A stretch of 62,706 bases of DNA, the filler included. It is 4 parts of 4 records of this genome, joined end to end, with 100 filler letters (N's around TTAATTAATTAA, not from the genome) between each part and the next. Parts side by side here need not be neighbours in the genome. Positions count along the whole stretch, not along the records: positions 57,164 to 62,706 come from DRR723986_11692; 3 more parts are not named here. One strand, given 5' to 3'. Of this stretch, positions 61,412-62,706 are shown piece after piece. How positions within the stretch are numbered: the stretch's first letter is position 1; every line of letters begins with the position of its first letter. The notes under the pieces were generated by a model that was given only the letters and a program-made list of their open reading frames with translations, searched no databases and had not been told where the DNA came from. A program made the position numbers and the translations under genes.

Positions 61412-62704
61412 CTACTCCATCCCCAACTTCTTCAACCTATACCGCAACGCCCGAAAACTGATCCCCAGTCTTTTGGCCGCCGCCGTTTTATTCCACCTCG
61501 TTGCCTCTAGAGCCTTTTCAATGGCCTGTCGCTCAATACTTTCCAGATAACCTTCGAGATCAATCTCGCCCTCTGGTACCGGCGCGGCGGCAGCATCCGT
61601 TTCTGACTCCGTCCCTCTGGTCGCCGAGCCCGAGCCCGCTGGCGCAACACCGCCGCCAAGATGCAGATCCCCGGCATCAATCAGGTCTTCGTCGCACAGG
61701 GTAAAAGCGCGCTCCAGAATGTTCTCCAATTCCCGCACGTTACCGGGAAACTCGTAGCCTTTGAGTCGCTCGATGGCGGCCGGGGTGAGTATGGCCGGGT
61801 CGCATTCGTATTCCCGGGCTATGCGTTGGAGAATGTGCTCGGCCAGCAGCGGAATATCATCCGCGCGCTCGCGCAGCGGCGGAACAGCAAGTTCAATAAC
61901 GTTGATCCGGTAAAACAGATCCTGGCGGAAGTCGCCTTCCTGAACCAGTTCCGGGAGATTTTTATGGGTGGCGCTGAGTGCCCGGATGTCCACCGGCACT
62001 TCTTTGGTGTCACCGACCGGTCGAACGGCTTTCTCCTGAATGGCACGCAGCAGTTTTACCTGCATGGCCAGTGGGAGGTCGGCCACTTCGTCCAGAAACA
62101 GGGTGCCACCATCGGCGGAGCGAAACAGGCCCTGTTTATTTTCGACGGCTCCGGTAAAACTGCCTTTCTTGTGGCCAAAGAACTCGCTTTCCATCAACTC
62201 CGAGGGGATGGCTCCACAGTTCACGGCGACAAAGGGGCCGTCACTTCGGGGGCCTTGCAGATGAATCATGCGGGCAACCAGCTCCTTGCCGCTGCCAGAC
62301 TCGCCACTGATAAACACCGGTGCCTGGCTTCGGGCGAGCTTCTTCGTCTGTGTGCGCAGTTTCCTGATTTGCGGCGAGTCGCCCAGAAGCAGGCCGGGCT
62401 CATCGGAATCGGCGGTTTCGCGGGCTTTGGGTTCGGACAGCTTCAGGGCGCTGTTGACGAGTTCCCGTAGCCGGGGTAGCTCCACAGGCTTGGACACGAA
62501 GTCAAATGCGCCGGCTTTGAGCGACTCGATGGCGGTGTCCATGCTGCCATAGGCGGTAATCACGGCAACGGGGGTGCAGGGCGTGTGTTGCTGAATCCAG
62601 TGTACAAGCTCTATGCCATTGCCGTCGGGAAGGTTCATGTCGGTCAGGCAGAGCTGGGGTTTGTGCTGTTGCAGAAGTTTTCTGGCGCTGGCCAGATCTG
62701 GGGC
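61412..62704 (-). CDS. pilR: sigma54-dependent response regulator PilR, 5'-truncated
   Basis: REC (CLTDMNLPDG), GESGSGKE, GSFTGA, FLDEV, Fis HTH ending RWNKTAAAKRLGISFRALRYRLKKLG. Confidence 0.93.
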   Translation of the reverse strand, partial: APDLASARKLLQQHKPQLCLTDMNLPDGNGIELVHWIQQHTPCTPVAVITAYGSMDTAIESLKAGAFDFVSKPVELPRLRELVNSALKLSEPKARETADSDEPGLLLGDSPQIRKLRTQTKKLARSQAPVFISGESGSGKELVARMIHLQGPRSDGPFVAVNCGAIPSELMESEFFGHKKGSFTGAVENKQGLFRSADGGTLFLDEVADLPLAMQVKLLRAIQEKAVRPVGDTKEVPVDIRALSATHKNLPELVQEGDFRQDLFYRINVIELAVPPLRERADDIPLLAEHILQRIAREYECDPAILTPAAIERLKGYEFPGNVRELENILERAFTLCDEDLIDAGDLHLGGGVAPAGSGSATRGTESETDAAAAPVPEGEIDLEGYLESIERQAIEKALEATRWNKTAAAKRLGISFRALRYRLKKLGME

Positions 62705-62706
62705 GG

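Overview
This window is not one locus. It is four unrelated contigs joined by artificial 100-nt spacers (N44-TTAATTAATTAA-N44 at 14462-14561, 45068-45167 and 57064-57163). Taxon assignments below are inferred from gene content and sequence style. (1) 1-14461, GC-rich alphaproteobacterium (Roseibium/Rhizobiales-like): tail of a proline-racemase-family gene and proC, then a divergent glucuronide-utilisation locus (uxuB, GH31, TRAP dctMQ | dctP, beta-glucuronidase, FadR/GntR regulator, uxuA) with a perfect UxuR/ExuR-type operator. A folB / atypical folP-like / pteridine-reductase trio follows, and the contig ends in a probable rRNA promoter. (2) 14562-45067, a second alphaproteobacterium: mostly core genes (pip, mlaEFD-pqiC, metXW, hisC-tyrA, ftsEX, hpt, cpdR-like, lysA, argH, tlpA), an unexplained ATP-grasp plus nucleotidyltransferase pair, and an accessory tract that opens with an AT-richer 559-aa orphan and a gamma-glutamylcyclotransferase. 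(3) 45168-57063, planctomycete: clpC with a sigma54-like promoter, a CsrA-pseudoreceiver fusion, a TPR / ASPIC-UnbV / TPR cluster, a Tat-exported Gfo/Idh/MocA oxidoreductase and an unannotated ~200-nt structured ncRNA candidate. (4) 57164-62706, gammaproteobacterium (Marinobacter-like): pilY1, pilE, fimT and pilR. Best novelty candidates: the folB / degenerate DHPS / pteridine reductase module, the planctomycete ncRNA, the 559-aa orphan island, the ATP-grasp/NTP-transferase pair and the CsrA-REC fusion. No tRNA, CRISPR array or transposase was recognised. All family calls come from motif recognition by eye; no database searches were run.
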